From: Escherichia coli
GTDB taxonomy: Bacteria > Pseudomonadota > Gammaproteobacteria > Enterobacterales > Enterobacteriaceae
NCBI RefSeq assembly: GCF_003334355.1
Contig: NZ_QOWP01000015.1
Length of the DNA: 64,000 nt
Direction: 5' to 3' (one strand)
Each line of letters begins with the position of its first letter. Positions within the stretch are counted from its first letter, which is position 1. The translations under genes and the position numbers were made by a program. The notes below the pieces were generated by a model. The model searched no databases. It saw only the letters and a program-made list of their open reading frames with translations, and was not told the DNA's origin. Shown here in pieces: positions 1 to 11,255 of the stretch.

Positions 1-449
1 CTGACCATCCACTGGCGGCGAAAACGCGAATTACACCGGAAGATCTCGCCAGCGAGACGCTGTTGATTTATCCGGTACAGCGTAGTCGACTGGATGTCTG
101 GCGGCATTTTCTTCAGCCGGCAGGCGTCAGCCCGTCACTGAAAAGCGTCGATAACACCTTATTGTTGATTCAGATGGTTGCCGCACGGATGGGTATTGCC
201 GCGCTACCGCATTGGGTAGTAGAGAGTTTTGAGCGCCAGGGTCTGGTGGTGACCAAAACCCTGGGCGAAGGCTTGTGGAGCCGACTGTACGCCGCCGTGC
301 GCGATGGAGAGCAGCGTCAGCCAGTTACGGAAGCGTTTATTCGCTCAGCGCGCAATCACGCCTGCGATCATCTGCCGTTTGTGAAGAGCGCGGAGCGACC
401 CACTTACGATGCACCCACAGTGAGGCCAGGATCACCAGCGCGCCTGTAA
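1..449 (+). CDS. metR: LysR-family regulator MetR, 3' portion (gene starts upstream of window)
   Basis: In-frame translation to stop at 447-449 ends ...[32 protein letters not shown]; position next to yigM matches K-12 synteny. Confidence 0.8.
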
Positions 450-1236
450 TGAACGTTGGCCAGTGCGGCTGTTGGTGCCAGATAGCCAGGTTTACCAGCA
501 GCCCTGCCGGAACGTGCATATTATTCATAATGCCCAGCGTTCCGGCGTCCACCTGCGTCGCGCCGTAGTTCCACATAAAGTAGCCAATCCCGGAAGCCAC
601 CACGCCAAGAAACACCAGAATGCCCCATTGCAACGTGGTTTGCGGCATTTTCTGCGTATTTCCCAGCAAGAACCATGCAATTACCGCCACCAGGAACGCG
701 CCAAGATAGAACCACGCAAAGGCGTTATGCTGCGGCATCGGGCGAGTTTCCATCAGGCGTTTGTAACCCACCATGCCGATGGCAAAAGTGATATTGGAGA
801 GTTGCACCAGCAACAAGCCAGTCCAGAAATGGTCGGTGACCTGATCATAGCGAATAATCCCGGCACCAATCACCGCCAACAAGGCACTAAAAGCATATCC
901 CCAGCGCAGACGGCGCTTACTCATGATGTCATAAATCAGCGTGATGTAGAGCGGCGTCAGTACGGTGAACAGCAGCAGTTCGGAAACCGTCAGGTAGAGA
1001 TAAGCGCGGAAACTCAGCATATACATCACGCCGAGCTGCATCGCGCCCACCAGCATATACAGGCCGACTGTTTTCAGGCTATTGCCACGGGTACGCAGAA
1101 ACGGCAGAAAAACGAGTGCCGCCAGGCCAACGCGCACCAGCACCGCAAAATAGCTATCGACGTGCCCCGCAAGGTACTCGCCATAAAAGCTAAAGGAGAA
1201 GGCCCACAGAATCGTGGTGATGATAAGTAGCGCCAC
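337..1236 (-). CDS. yigM: EamA/DMT-family inner-membrane transporter (YigM/BioP, biotin uptake)
   Basis: 299-aa ORF, highly hydrophobic multi-helix protein; 3' end overlaps metR 3' end by 113 nt. Confidence 0.8.
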
Positions 1237-1311
1237 AATGGAAAACTCTTTGATTAACGGGTATCCATTGTAGCGAAGTATCAGGTTGACAACTGACCAA
1301 ATAAAGAACGA

Positions 1312-2112
1312 TTACGATAAATAGAGTTTACGCAGATAATGCGGCACCGCGTCGTCGGCATTAGTACCAATCACTTCCAGCTCGGGATGAAGGTCTTTCA
1401 GACGCTGGTGCGCACTGCCCATAATGCAGCCTTTCCCCGCCATCGACAGCATTTCGGCGTCGTTCATCCCGTCACCAAACGCAATACAATCCTTCAGGCT
1501 GTAGCCCAGTTTCTTCGCCACCGCTTCCAGCGCATGGCCTTTTGAAACGCCGCCCGCCATCACTTCCAGACAGGTTAAGGTAGAGAAACTGACGTTGACG
1601 CGATCGCCCCAACGAGCGTTAATCGCCTGCTCCAGCGGCAGCAGTTGTTCATGGGAATCGCAGGTGAAGAACACTTTGCTGACGCCTTCCGGCTCCAGTA
1701 ATCCAGGCTCATACAGCGCATATTGGAACACCGCTTCTTTAAAAAAGCGCATCTCTTCCGGGCGATGGCGATTCATAAACCATTCGTCGTCGCGATAAAC
1801 GTTAGTAATGATGTCCGGATTGTCGTTGACTACGCCAAACAGATCGCTGGCAATGTCGCGATCCAGGTTATGAGCAAAAATCAGATTACCATCCAGATCG
1901 TGAACGCGCGCACCATTGGAGGTAATCATGTAAGACTTAATCTCCAGATTATCGCGAATTTGCCCCACATCAACGTGGTGACGACCGGTCGCAAACACAA
2001 AGTTGATGCCGCGCGCGGTGAGCAGCTTCAGAGTTTCTTTGGCGTAAGGGGATAACGTATGGTCGGGAGAAAGTAACGTGCCATCTAAATCAGACGCAAC
2101 AACCTGGTACAT
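1312..2112 (-). CDS. yigL: HAD-superfamily Cof-type phosphatase YigL
   Basis: ORF trimmed to ATG at 2110-2112 giving 266 aa starting MYQVVASDLDGTLL (HAD motif I DxDGT). Confidence 0.85.
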   Translation of the reverse strand: MYQVVASDLDGTLLSPDHTLSPYAKETLKLLTARGINFVFATGRHHVDVGQIRDNLEIKSYMITSNGARVHDLDGNLIFAHNLDRDIASDLFGVVNDNPDIITNVYRDDEWFMNRHRPEEMRFFKEAVFQYALYEPGLLEPEGVSKVFFTCDSHEQLLPLEQAINARWGDRVNVSFSTLTCLEVMAGGVSKGHALEAVAKKLGYSLKDCIAFGDGMNDAEMLSMAGKGCIMGSAHQRLKDLHPELEVIGTNADDAVPHYLRKLYLS

Positions 2113-2119
2113 AAGAAAT

Positions 2120-3142
2120 TTAAACCTCTGTAGAGCGGTTTCCGCTGGGTGAGTTATGCCTGTTGAAAAAATCAACGATGGCGTGGAGCGCGACTGAGCG
2201 CATTGCGTCCTTTTCAAAAAGGATCTCATGGTAAGCACCTTTAATTACCAACGGCCGTCCTCCTTCGACAGGATGGCCCGCGGCGGTGCGGAGTTCACAA
2301 AAACGGTCATGCATGCGGTTATCCACCACGCGTTCCTCTTCAGCCTGCAAGAGAAGCGTTGGCGTGGCGTCATCACCCGCACCGGCTAACACCTGTTCGC
2401 CAGCCAGAATACTTTCGCGTACCCAATGGTAGGTCGGCCCACCGACGCGAATCGTTGGGTCATCAGCATAGAAGCGTAAGTTACGTCGATATCGCTGTCT
2501 GCTGTGGGTCAGTACGTTGATAGCAAACGGCAACGCGCGCCAGCGCCCGGTGCCTATTGCATAGCCATCACGGAAACGTGGATGCGCTTCGGCCCAGTTG
2601 AGGATCTGCCGTGCCATAAATGACGGCATACGAATCACGATCCCAAACATTGGCGCAGTTAGCGCAATGGCGTCACATACACCTGGATGGCGTTGCAGAA
2701 ATAATGTGGAGATCGCACCGCCCATCGAATGTGCCAGTATATAGCGTTTACGCCACGGACCGGGCTGAACCTCCTGCTGCCAGAATGCCGCCAGATCATC
2801 AACATAATCATTAAAGCGATTAACATGCCCGAGATGCGGATCGGCTAACAGGCGACCGGAACGTCCCTGCCCGCGATGGTCGATGATTAAGACATCAAAC
2901 CCCAAATGGAACAGGTCGTAGGCCAGTTCCGCATATTTTACGTAGCTCTCAATACGCCCCGGGCAGATGACTACCACCCGGTCATGGTGCTGTGCGCGAA
3001 AACGGACAAAGCGCACCGGAATGTCATCCACACCAGTAAACTCTGCTTCATCACGCTGACGCCAGAAATCAGTCAGCGGTCCCAGGGTAAAAGCAGCAAA
3101 CGCGTTTTCTCTTGTTTCCCAGTCTTTTTGCTGCTGAAACAT
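2120..3142 (-). CDS. pldB: lysophospholipase L2
   Basis: 340-aa ORF with alpha/beta-hydrolase nucleophile elbow (AHSMGG). Confidence 0.85.
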   Translation of the reverse strand: MFQQQKDWETRENAFAAFTLGPLTDFWRQRDEAEFTGVDDIPVRFVRFRAQHHDRVVVICPGRIESYVKYAELAYDLFHLGFDVLIIDHRGQGRSGRLLADPHLGHVNRFNDYVDDLAAFWQQEVQPGPWRKRYILAHSMGGAISTLFLQRHPGVCDAIALTAPMFGIVIRMPSFMARQILNWAEAHPRFRDGYAIGTGRWRALPFAINVLTHSRQRYRRNLRFYADDPTIRVGGPTYHWVRESILAGEQVLAGAGDDATPTLLLQAEEERVVDNRMHDRFCELRTAAGHPVEGGRPLVIKGAYHEILFEKDAMRSVALHAIVDFFNRHNSPSGNRSTEV

Positions 3143-3252
3143 CGGGTAATCTGCCTCTTAAACCACGTAAAATCGTTTTTTTTAGCGTGCCTGACACAAC
3201 GCTGCGACAGTAGCGTATTGTGGCACAAAAATAGACACACCGGGAGTTCATC

Positions 3253-3873
3253 ATGACCTTAGAATGGTGGTTTGCCTACCTGCTGACATCGATCATTTTA
3301 AGCCTGTCGCCAGGCTCTGGTGCAATCAACACTATGACCACCTCGCTCAACCACGGTTATCGCGGCGCGGTGGCGTCTATTGCTGGGCTTCAGACCGGAC
3401 TGGCGATTCATATTGTGCTGGTTGGCGTGGGGTTGGGGACGCTATTTTCCCGCTCAGTGATTGCGTTTGAAGTGTTGAAGTGGGCAGGCGCGGCTTACTT
3501 GATTTGGCTGGGAATCCAGCAGTGGCGCGCCGCTGGTGCAATTGACCTTAAATCGCTGGCCTCTACTCAATCGCGTCGACATTTGTTCCAGCGCGCAGTT
3601 TTTGTGAATCTCACCAATCCCAAAAGTATTGTGTTTCTGGCGGCGCTATTTCCGCAATTCATCATGCCACAGCAGCCGCAACTGATGCAGTATATCGTGC
3701 TCGGCGTCACCACTATTGTAGTCGATATTATTGTGATGATCGGTTACGCCACCCTTGCTCAACGGATTGCTCTATGGATTAAAGGACCAAAGCAGATGAA
3801 GGCGCTGAATAAGATTTTCGGCTCGTTGTTTATGCTGGTGGGAGCGCTGTTAGCATCGGCGAGGCATGCGTGA
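3253..3873 (+). CDS. rhtB: LysE/RhtB-family homoserine/homoserine-lactone exporter
   Basis: 206-aa hydrophobic ORF; divergent from pldB. Confidence 0.85.
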
Positions 3874-3881
3874 AAAATAAT

Positions 3882-3915
3882 GTCGGATGCGGCGTAAACG
3901 CCTTATCCGACTTAC
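3882..3915. repeat. REP (repetitive extragenic palindromic) element
   Basis: tgtcggatgcggcgtaaacgccttatccgac matches REP consensus; between convergent rhtB and rhtC. Confidence 0.75.
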
Positions 3916-3934
3916 TCTGAAGACGCGTCTGGCA

Positions 3935-4555
3935 TCACCGCGAAATAATCAAATGAATGCCAAATCCGGCAAATAACGCCCCGGCAAAACCATCAATCCA
4001 CTTCGCCAGACGTTGATAACCACGGCGCATTTGCGGCAGGGCAAACAGGCTGGCAACGACGGTAAACCACGCCAGTGTTTCGACAATGATCAGCGCAAAA
4101 ATGCCCCAGCGCGCGGTAGTGCCAACGTTATCACCGACAAACAATGAGAACACCGAGCCAAAGTAGATAATCGCTTTCGGATTAGCGAGATTGGTCAGTA
4201 AACCTTTCAGGAAACTGCGCCCGCTTTTCGCCAGCTCAATCTGTGGTGCAGGCGCAGATACAGCCTCTTTTTTCAGTGCACCGCGTAGCATCTGGTAACC
4301 CATCCAGCAGAGATACAGGCCACCGCCAACCATAATCAGCGTATGCAGCCAGGCCATTTTTTCGATAATCAAATGCAGGCCAAGCAACGCAATCCCAGCC
4401 CAAACCATTACACCGCAGGTAATGCCCAGCACGCCCATCATCGCTTCTTTACGGGAACGACTGACAGCGGTCTGAGAGACAAAAAAGAAATCGGGACCGG
4501 GGCTCATAAGCGCCACAATATGCACCATGGCGACGGTGAGAAATAACATCAACAT
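3935..4555 (-). CDS. rhtC: LysE/RhtB-family threonine exporter
   Basis: 206-aa hydrophobic ORF paralogous to rhtB. Confidence 0.85.
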   Translation of the reverse strand: MLMLFLTVAMVHIVALMSPGPDFFFVSQTAVSRSRKEAMMGVLGITCGVMVWAGIALLGLHLIIEKMAWLHTLIMVGGGLYLCWMGYQMLRGALKKEAVSAPAPQIELAKSGRSFLKGLLTNLANPKAIIYFGSVFSLFVGDNVGTTARWGIFALIIVETLAWFTVVASLFALPQMRRGYQRLAKWIDGFAGALFAGFGIHLIISR

Positions 4556-4618
4556 ACATTTGACTCGCGGGGGAAACGTTTACGGAGTCTTCATCCTGGC
4601 ACTTTTTTATGCCGCTGA

Positions 4619-6448
4619 CTACTCTTCGTCGTCGCCGTCAACATGCGCGCGGATAAGCGCCATAAACGGTTTACCAAAGCGTTCCAGCTTGCGCATCCCA
4701 ACGCCGTTAACGCTGAGCATTTCGCTGGCGGTGATCGGCATCTGTTCAGCCATCTCAATCAAGGTTGCGTCGTTAAACACCACGTACGGCGGGACATTGC
4801 TTTCATCGGCAATCGATTTACGCAGTTTGCGTAATTTGGCGAACAGTTTGCGATCATAGTTGCCGCCGAACGATTTCTGCATCGCTTTCGGTTTGAGCGC
4901 CACGATACGCGGCACGGCAAGTTGCAAAGAGGATTCGCCGCGCAGCACCGGGCGCGCGGCCTCTGTCAGTTGTAGGGCAGAATGCTGGGCAATATTTTGC
5001 GTCACCAGGCCGAGGTGAATCAGCTGGCGGATCACGCTCACCCAATGTTCATGGCTTTTATCACGGCCCATGCCATAGACTTTCAGTTTGTCATGACCAT
5101 AGTCGCGGATACGCTGGTTATTAGCACCACGAATCACTTCCACCACATAACCCATCCCAAACCGCTGATTCACACGACCAATGGTGGAAAGGGCAATCTG
5201 AGCATCGGTTGAACCGTCGTACTGTTTCGGCGGATCGAGGCAGATATCGCAGTTCCCGCACGGCTCCTGACGCCCTTCGCCAAAATAGTTCAGCAATACC
5301 AGACGACGGCAAGTTTGCGCTTCGGCAAACGCGCCCATCGCATTGAGTTTGTGGCGCTCGATATCCTGCAACTGCCCCTGCGGCTTCTCTTCCAGACAAC
5401 GGCGCAGCCACGCCATATCAGCCGGATCGTAAAACAGCATCGCTTCCGCAGGCAGGCCATCACGCCCGGCGCGACCGGTTTCCTGATAATAGGATTCGAT
5501 ATTGCGCGGAATATCAAAGTGGACCACGAAGCGAACGTTTGGTTTATTGATGCCCATGCCGAACGCCACCGTCGCCACCACAATTTGCAGGTCATCGCGC
5601 TGGAATTTCTCCTGCACGTCGGCGCGGACATTATTTTCCAGCCCGGCATGATAGGCCGCCGCGCTAATACCCTTGCTTTGCAGGCGCGCAGCGGTGTCTT
5701 CTACTTTCGCCCGGCTGTTGCAGTAGATAATGCCGGGCTTACCGCGCTGTTCCTGCACGTAGCTCATCAACTGATCGAGCGGTTTGAATTTCTCCATCAG
5801 CATGTAGCGAATATTCGGACGGTCAAAACTGCTGATTTGAATCAGCGGATCGTTCAGCCCCAGCAGGCGCACGATATCCTGGCGCGTGGTGTCGTCGGCT
5901 GTGGCGGTCAGCGCCATAAACGGCAGCGTCGGGAACCGCTGGCGCAACTGACCGAGCGCGGCATATTCCGGGCGGAAATCGTGGCCCCATTGGGAGATAC
6001 AGTGCGCTTCATCAACGGCTAATAACACCGGATTCCAGTGCGCCAGATGCTCAAGAAAGTTATCCAGCATCAGGCGTTCCGGCGCGATATAAAGCAGGCG
6101 GATTTGCCCGGTGCGACAGCCTGTCATCACTTCAAGTTGCTGCTCGCGGGTTTGCGTCGAGTTAAGGCACGCCGCCGCCACGCCGTTGGCTTGCAGTTGA
6201 TCCACCTGATCTTTCATCAACGAAATCAGCGGTGAAACAACCACGGTAAGGCCGTTTAGCAATAAGGCAGGAATTTGATAGCAAAGGGATTTTCCGCCAC
6301 CGGTGGGCATGACGACCAGGCAATCGCGACCGGAAAGCACAGTGTCGATAATTTCTTCCTGGCCGGGGCGAAACTGTTGGTAGCCAAAGGTTTCTTGTAA
6401 AACCTGTTTAGCTCCGGACTCCAGATTCAACACTTCCGCCTGCGCCAC
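4619..6448 (-). CDS. recQ: ATP-dependent DNA helicase RecQ
   Basis: Walker A TGGGKS, DEAH box ([15 protein letters not shown]), Zn-binding cysteines, HRDC tail; start placed at GTG (609 aa), ATG two codons upstream is also possible. Confidence 0.9.
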   Translation of the reverse strand: MAQAEVLNLESGAKQVLQETFGYQQFRPGQEEIIDTVLSGRDCLVVMPTGGGKSLCYQIPALLLNGLTVVVSPLISLMKDQVDQLQANGVAAACLNSTQTREQQLEVMTGCRTGQIRLLYIAPERLMLDNFLEHLAHWNPVLLAVDEAHCISQWGHDFRPEYAALGQLRQRFPTLPFMALTATADDTTRQDIVRLLGLNDPLIQISSFDRPNIRYMLMEKFKPLDQLMSYVQEQRGKPGIIYCNSRAKVEDTAARLQSKGISAAAYHAGLENNVRADVQEKFQRDDLQIVVATVAFGMGINKPNVRFVVHFDIPRNIESYYQETGRAGRDGLPAEAMLFYDPADMAWLRRCLEEKPQGQLQDIERHKLNAMGAFAEAQTCRRLVLLNYFGEGRQEPCGNCDICLDPPKQYDGSTDAQIALSTIGRVNQRFGMGYVVEVIRGANNQRIRDYGHDKLKVYGMGRDKSHEHWVSVIRQLIHLGLVTQNIAQHSALQLTEAARPVLRGESSLQLAVPRIVALKPKAMQKSFGGNYDRKLFAKLRKLRKSIADESNVPPYVVFNDATLIEMAEQMPITASEMLSVNGVGMRKLERFGKPFMALIRAHVDGDDEE

Positions 6449-6580
6449 ATTCACCCCGATTGCCTGAAATAAAAACAGGCGCTATTTTCAGCGCCTGCGC
6501 GAGAAACTGCAATGCTTTTAGTCTCTGAGAGGGTAATCCTGGATGCTGGATTCCAGATTTGCCAACCACTCAACCGTTCA

Positions 6581-7450
6581 TCAAAACAAATCGTTTAGCA
6601 TAACCCCCACACCGACACGGGTCTGGTTGAAGTTATAGTCGATGAGCGATTCGCCATAGCCGCTGTAAACCTGAGTATAAAGGCGCACATGTTTGGTGAT
6701 CGGGTAACTTAAGCCTAACTCCGCGCCGCCGTAGCCGGTGTTCCAGTTATACTGTCCTTTCGCACTGAGCACCGCATCACCGAGGTGATAGCCGATTTTA
6801 AGCTGGTAGTAACCCATATATTTGGTGATATCCGGGTTATCGTCAGTATTACCCACCACATACCACGGCTTCACTTCTACCAGCCAGTTACCGTTTTCTG
6901 CCATCAGGCGAGTATAAAGGCGGTTCCAGCTGCGGGAGGTCGGGTCTGAACGCCCGTTAGAGTCGTGGTTATACCCCATCTCCACATCGCGCAGCGTCCA
7001 ACCTGCAAAACGGTAATCGGTGGCAAAACCGAGGAACAATTGCGGTTCGTAGTTGGTTTCACGAAACGGTGAAGACTCTTCGCTATTGGACAGTTGCCAC
7101 CAGGATTTTTGCGTATAAGACGCACCCAACACCGAGTTCGGGCCTAAAATCCCACGCCACAGTGGAAATGCCAGGCTCAACTGAAACTTTACTTCATCCT
7201 TACGCGCATTTTCCGCCCAGTCGTAACTGGCAATCGCTTCTTTGTTCAGATCGCTGGTTTGGGTGTAGATGAGGTAGTTGGTGTCATAAGGATAGAGCGT
7301 GAACGGATTGTCATGCTCCTGCAGCATATTGGCGATAATACTGCCACGCACCGCTGGCGCGTCATGCACCTCTTTCACCGTTGCCTCTTGTGCATATACT
7401 GCCATAGGCAACATAAACACCGGCAACAACCAGCCCTGCAGAGTCCGCAT
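6581..7450 (-). CDS. pldA: outer-membrane phospholipase A
   Basis: 289-aa ORF with signal peptide and beta-barrel-like sequence; K-12 synteny. Confidence 0.9.
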   Translation of the reverse strand: MRTLQGWLLPVFMLPMAVYAQEATVKEVHDAPAVRGSIIANMLQEHDNPFTLYPYDTNYLIYTQTSDLNKEAIASYDWAENARKDEVKFQLSLAFPLWRGILGPNSVLGASYTQKSWWQLSNSEESSPFRETNYEPQLFLGFATDYRFAGWTLRDVEMGYNHDSNGRSDPTSRSWNRLYTRLMAENGNWLVEVKPWYVVGNTDDNPDITKYMGYYQLKIGYHLGDAVLSAKGQYNWNTGYGGAELGLSYPITKHVRLYTQVYSGYGESLIDYNFNQTRVGVGVMLNDLF

Positions 7451-7614
7451 CGGTCGTGTTCTCCGTAACGAATTATTGATAAGGTGAATGTTTTTCTGCG
7501 GGCTATTTTACATACTTAACTCCATTGCCGTTAGTTATCCCTTCCTAAAGTAGAAACCAACAACAAAGAAGCATAAAATCAACATTTCATTAACCAATGA
7601 AGTGTAAGGATGAT

Positions 7615-8082
7615 ATGTCTGCCGTACTGACCGCTGAACAAGCCCTGAAATTAGTGGGTGAGATGTTTGTTTATCACATGCCATTTAACCGCGCATTGGG
7701 GATGGAACTGGAGCGTTACGAAAAAGAGTTCGCACAGCTGGCCTTTAAAAATCAGCCGATGATGGTGGGTAACTGGGCGCAAAGCATTTTGCACGGCGGG
7801 GTCATTGCGTCGGCGCTGGATGTCGCCGCAGGTCTGGTGTGCGTGGGAAGTACCTTAACCCGCCACGAAACCATCAGTGAAGATGAACTACGCCAGCGGC
7901 TATCGCGGATGGGGACCATTGATCTTCGCGTTGATTATCTGCGCCCAGGCAGGGGCGAGCGTTTTACTGCTACCAGTAGCCTGTTGCGTGCAGGCAATAA
8001 AGTCGCCGTCGCCCGCGTTGAATTACACAATGAAGAACAGCTTTATATTGCCAGTGCCACCGCCACCTATATGGTAGGTTGA
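7615..8082 (+). CDS. yigI: hotdog-fold (PaaI-type) thioesterase YigI
   Basis: ORF trimmed to internal ATG giving 155 aa; synteny. Confidence 0.75.
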   Translation: MSAVLTAEQALKLVGEMFVYHMPFNRALGMELERYEKEFAQLAFKNQPMMVGNWAQSILHGGVIASALDVAAGLVCVGSTLTRHETISEDELRQRLSRMGTIDLRVDYLRPGRGERFTATSSLLRAGNKVAVARVELHNEEQLYIASATATYMVG

Positions 8083-8133
8083 AGACATAAAAGCAGGTAA
8101 ACTGCTGTTACCAATTAAAAATGAGTATTCCCG

Positions 8134-9024
8134 ATGGATGCAAAACAAACGCGGCAGGGCGTATTACTCGCTCTTGCCGCTTATTTTATTTGGGGTATAG
8201 CGCCAGCGTACTTCAAGTTGATTTACTACGTGCCCGCCGATGAAATCCTGACGCATCGCGTGATCTGGTCGTTTTTCTTTATGGTGGTGCTGATGAGCAT
8301 TTGCCGCCAGTGGTCCTATTTAAAAACGCTGATTCAGACGCCACAGAAAATTTTTATGCTGGCAGTCTCTGCCGTGCTGATTGGTGGCAACTGGCTACTG
8401 TTTATCTGGGCGGTGAACAATCACCATATGCTGGAAGCGAGCCTTGGTTACTTTATTAACCCGCTGGTGAACATTGTGCTGGGGATGATTTTCCTCGGCG
8501 AGCGATTCCGCCGGATGCAATGGCTGGCGGTGATTCTGGCGATATGTGGCGTGTTAGTCCAGCTGTGGACTTTTGGTTCGCTACCTATTATCGCGCTGGG
8601 ACTGGCATTTAGTTTTGCCTTCTACGGTCTGGTACGCAAGAAGATTGCCGTTGAAGCGCAAACCGGCATGTTAATTGAAACCATGTGGCTGCTGCCCGTG
8701 GCGGCAATTTACCTGTTTGCTATTGCCGACAGCTCAACCAGCCATATGGGGCAAAACCCGATTTCGCTGAATTTACTGCTGATCACCGCCGGTATTGTCA
8801 CTACCGTACCGCTGTTGTGTTTTACTGCGGCTGCGACACGCCTGCGTCTCTCAACGTTAGGCTTTTTTCAGTACATTGGCCCGACGCTGATGTTCCTGCT
8901 GGCTGTGACGTTTTATGGTGAAAAACCGGGTGCCGATAAGATGGTGACCTTCGCCTTTATTTGGGTGGCGCTGGCAATTTTTGTGATGGATGCGATTTAT
9001 ACGCAGCGTAGAACGTCCAAATAA
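8134..9024 (+). CDS. rarD: EamA-family transporter RarD
   Basis: 296-aa polytopic membrane ORF; synteny. Confidence 0.85.
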   Translation: MDAKQTRQGVLLALAAYFIWGIAPAYFKLIYYVPADEILTHRVIWSFFFMVVLMSICRQWSYLKTLIQTPQKIFMLAVSAVLIGGNWLLFIWAVNNHHMLEASLGYFINPLVNIVLGMIFLGERFRRMQWLAVILAICGVLVQLWTFGSLPIIALGLAFSFAFYGLVRKKIAVEAQTGMLIETMWLLPVAAIYLFAIADSSTSHMGQNPISLNLLLITAGIVTTVPLLCFTAAATRLRLSTLGFFQYIGPTLMFLLAVTFYGEKPGADKMVTFAFIWVALAIFVMDAIYTQRRTSK

Positions 9025-9058
9025 AAAATAAATATATTCTGAAAAAATATGCCGACTC

Positions 9059-9499
9059 TTGCATGAGAGTGGGCATATTGCCATGCTGACCGGAGACTCA
9101 TACAAGGATGTAAAATTTATGTTACGTATATTTATCCCAACATCTAACGGTAAGATTTCCAGACGTCGTTATATATTTTCATTTATTTTAATAAATTTCA
9201 TTTTTGCCTTTCTTATTATCTTTTTTAACGATGGAGAAGCAGGCTTTCTTGTTATAGTCTCTACCATCGTACTCCATTATCTCGTCATCAACATGAATTG
9301 CCAGCGACTCCGTGATAGTGGTTTCATCTATATAAAAACTTATGTTTTTGGTACATTAGCAGTATATATCATCTCTATCATCACAATGATAGCCGAAGAT
9401 TTTGCCTGTTCAGGCAATGGTTCGATGATTTTTTTGATTTGTTATTTTTCCACTTTCAGTATGCTAATGCTTGCACCTACTGATTCATCAAAACAATAG
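9059..9499 (+). CDS. yigG: small inner-membrane protein of unknown function (YigG); start uncertain (9059 or internal ATG)
   Basis: AT-rich ORF encoding a very hydrophobic protein; several in-frame ATGs near 5' end. Confidence 0.6.
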
Positions 9500-9512
9500 T
9501 TATGGAGTATTT

Positions 9513-9893
9513 ATGAGTAAGGAATATATGAACGATGGTTCATTAAGTGAAAAATGGAAATACCGATTTAATTTTTATGATCAACATGGTTTTCCTGGAT
9601 TCTGGGGGGCAACACCAGAATATAAAGCAGCATTTAAAGCATTAAAAGTAAGACAACGCTTAACTATTCAAATGAATTTCATTGCTTTCTTCTGCTCCTG
9701 GATATATTTATTTGTCCTTGGGTTATGGAAAAAAGCAATTATAGTTCTATTACTTGGTATTCTATCTCTATTTGTTGGTGCACTAATTGGCGTTAACATT
9801 CTGGGAATTGCCGTAGCAGCCTATGTTGCTGTTAACACGAACAAATGGTTCTATGAGAAAGAGGTAAAAGGGTTAAATACCTGGAGCCTTTGA
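9513..9893 (+). CDS. yigF: small membrane protein, DUF2628 family (YigF)
   Basis: 126 aa from ATG 9513 preceded by SD-like tggag; two predicted TM helices. Confidence 0.65.
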   Translation: MSKEYMNDGSLSEKWKYRFNFYDQHGFPGFWGATPEYKAAFKALKVRQRLTIQMNFIAFFCSWIYLFVLGLWKKAIIVLLLGILSLFVGALIGVNILGIAVAAYVAVNTNKWFYEKEVKGLNTWSL

Positions 9894-9899
9894 ATAACA

Positions 9900-9937
9900 G
9901 GTGGCTTAGCCAGACTAAGCCACCGCTCTCGTTTTTT
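9900..9937 (+). terminator. rho-independent terminator after yigF (also faces corA 3' end)
   Basis: 10-bp perfect stem ggtggcttag/ctaagccacc followed by T-run gttttttac. Confidence 0.6.
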
Positions 9938-10886
9938 ACAACCAGTTCTTCCGCTTAAAGTACAGATACGGTGCCAGGCCCGCGAGGATCATAAAGATAA
10001 TCGCGCCTGGGTAGCCGAAACTCCACTTCAGTTCTGGCATAAACTCAAAGTTCATCCCGTAGCTGGAGGCAACCAGCGTTGGCGGCAGGAACACGACGGA
10101 TACCACCGAGAAAATTTTGATGATGCGGTTCTGCTCGATGTTGATAAAACCCATTGCCGCCTGCATCAGGAAGTTCACCTTCTGGAACAGGGATTCGTTA
10201 TGCGGCAGCAGGGATTCGATATCTCGCAGGATTTCACGCGCCTGCTCCAGTTGCCCACCCGGTAAACGCGCTTTACGCACCAGGAAGTTGAGCGCACGCT
10301 GGGTATCCATCAGACACAGGCGCACTTTCCAGCCGATATCTTCCAGTTCCGCCAGAGTGGAGAGCGCCTCGTCGTACTCATCGCCCTGATGCCCTTCCAT
10401 AATCACCCGGCTCAACTGCTCCAGGTCGCTATAGATATTTTCAATTTCATCTGCCAACTGTTCGATTTTGGTTTCGAACAGATCCAGCAGCAGCTCGTAG
10501 GCGTTACCGTCCACCATCGACTGGCTACGGGCACGCATACGATACAGACGAAAAGCGGGCAGTTCACGCTCACGCAGAGTAAACAGACGACCATCACGGA
10601 TGGTAAATGCCACAGTGGAGTTACCGGCGTGATCTTCCGCATCTTCAAAGAAGAAGAAGGAGTGAATATGCAGGCCGTCGTCGTCTTCAAAGAAACGTGC
10701 CGATGCTTCGATGTCTTCCAGTTCCGGGCGGGTTGCCAGGCTCTGACCAAGTTCAGATTGTACGCGCAGTCGCTCGTCGTCGTCCGGTTCGACAAGATCA
10801 ATCCATACTGCATTTACAAGGGGTTGTGACTCTTCGACTTCCAGCCGGGTCAGTCGGTTATTTTCCAGTTGAAATGCGCTCAGCAT
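9936..10886 (-). CDS. corA: Mg2+/Co2+/Ni2+ transporter CorA
   Basis: 316 aa from [10 protein letters not shown]; C-terminal YGMNF (GMN) motif and two TM helices. Confidence 0.9.
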   Translation of the reverse strand: MLSAFQLENNRLTRLEVEESQPLVNAVWIDLVEPDDDERLRVQSELGQSLATRPELEDIEASARFFEDDDGLHIHSFFFFEDAEDHAGNSTVAFTIRDGRLFTLRERELPAFRLYRMRARSQSMVDGNAYELLLDLFETKIEQLADEIENIYSDLEQLSRVIMEGHQGDEYDEALSTLAELEDIGWKVRLCLMDTQRALNFLVRKARLPGGQLEQAREILRDIESLLPHNESLFQKVNFLMQAAMGFINIEQNRIIKIFSVVSVVFLPPTLVASSYGMNFEFMPELKWSFGYPGAIIFMILAGLAPYLYFKRKNWL

Positions 10887-11255
10887 GACCGGGACTCCCA
10901 ATGCTTAAAATATCGGACAGTTCGGTGGGCACACAGAAACAAATTGGGTTTCAGACCATTAAACAGCCTGACTCAGCGCGACGGGAAAAATTGAGGTCGC
11001 TGACAACCGCTAAGGCTATCAGCAAAAAGGGATAGCCTTAGGAGTTGATCCTGGATGACAGGATAGTGAGCCAGTATCTACTGGGTGTGTCCAAGGCGAA
11101 TGTCCTCTTAGAGTGATCGTGCGCGCATGTTACGCCAGCAAAATTTTGCCGTCAACACGCAACAGAACACCACAGAACAATAGTTGAACTTCGCGCTTTT
11201 TGGTACTCGTCAAGGTCGCTAACAGGATAAAAAAATCCCACATCCAGGACCTATA

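Noticed and set aside
463-1230. 255-aa ORF on the plus strand
   Set aside because: Entirely antisense to yigM, whose membrane-protein character supports the minus-strand frame; His/Gln/Arg-rich composition is typical of an antisense artefact.
5315-6022. 235-aa plus-strand ORF inside recQ
   Set aside because: Antisense to the RecQ helicase frame, which carries all conserved helicase motifs.
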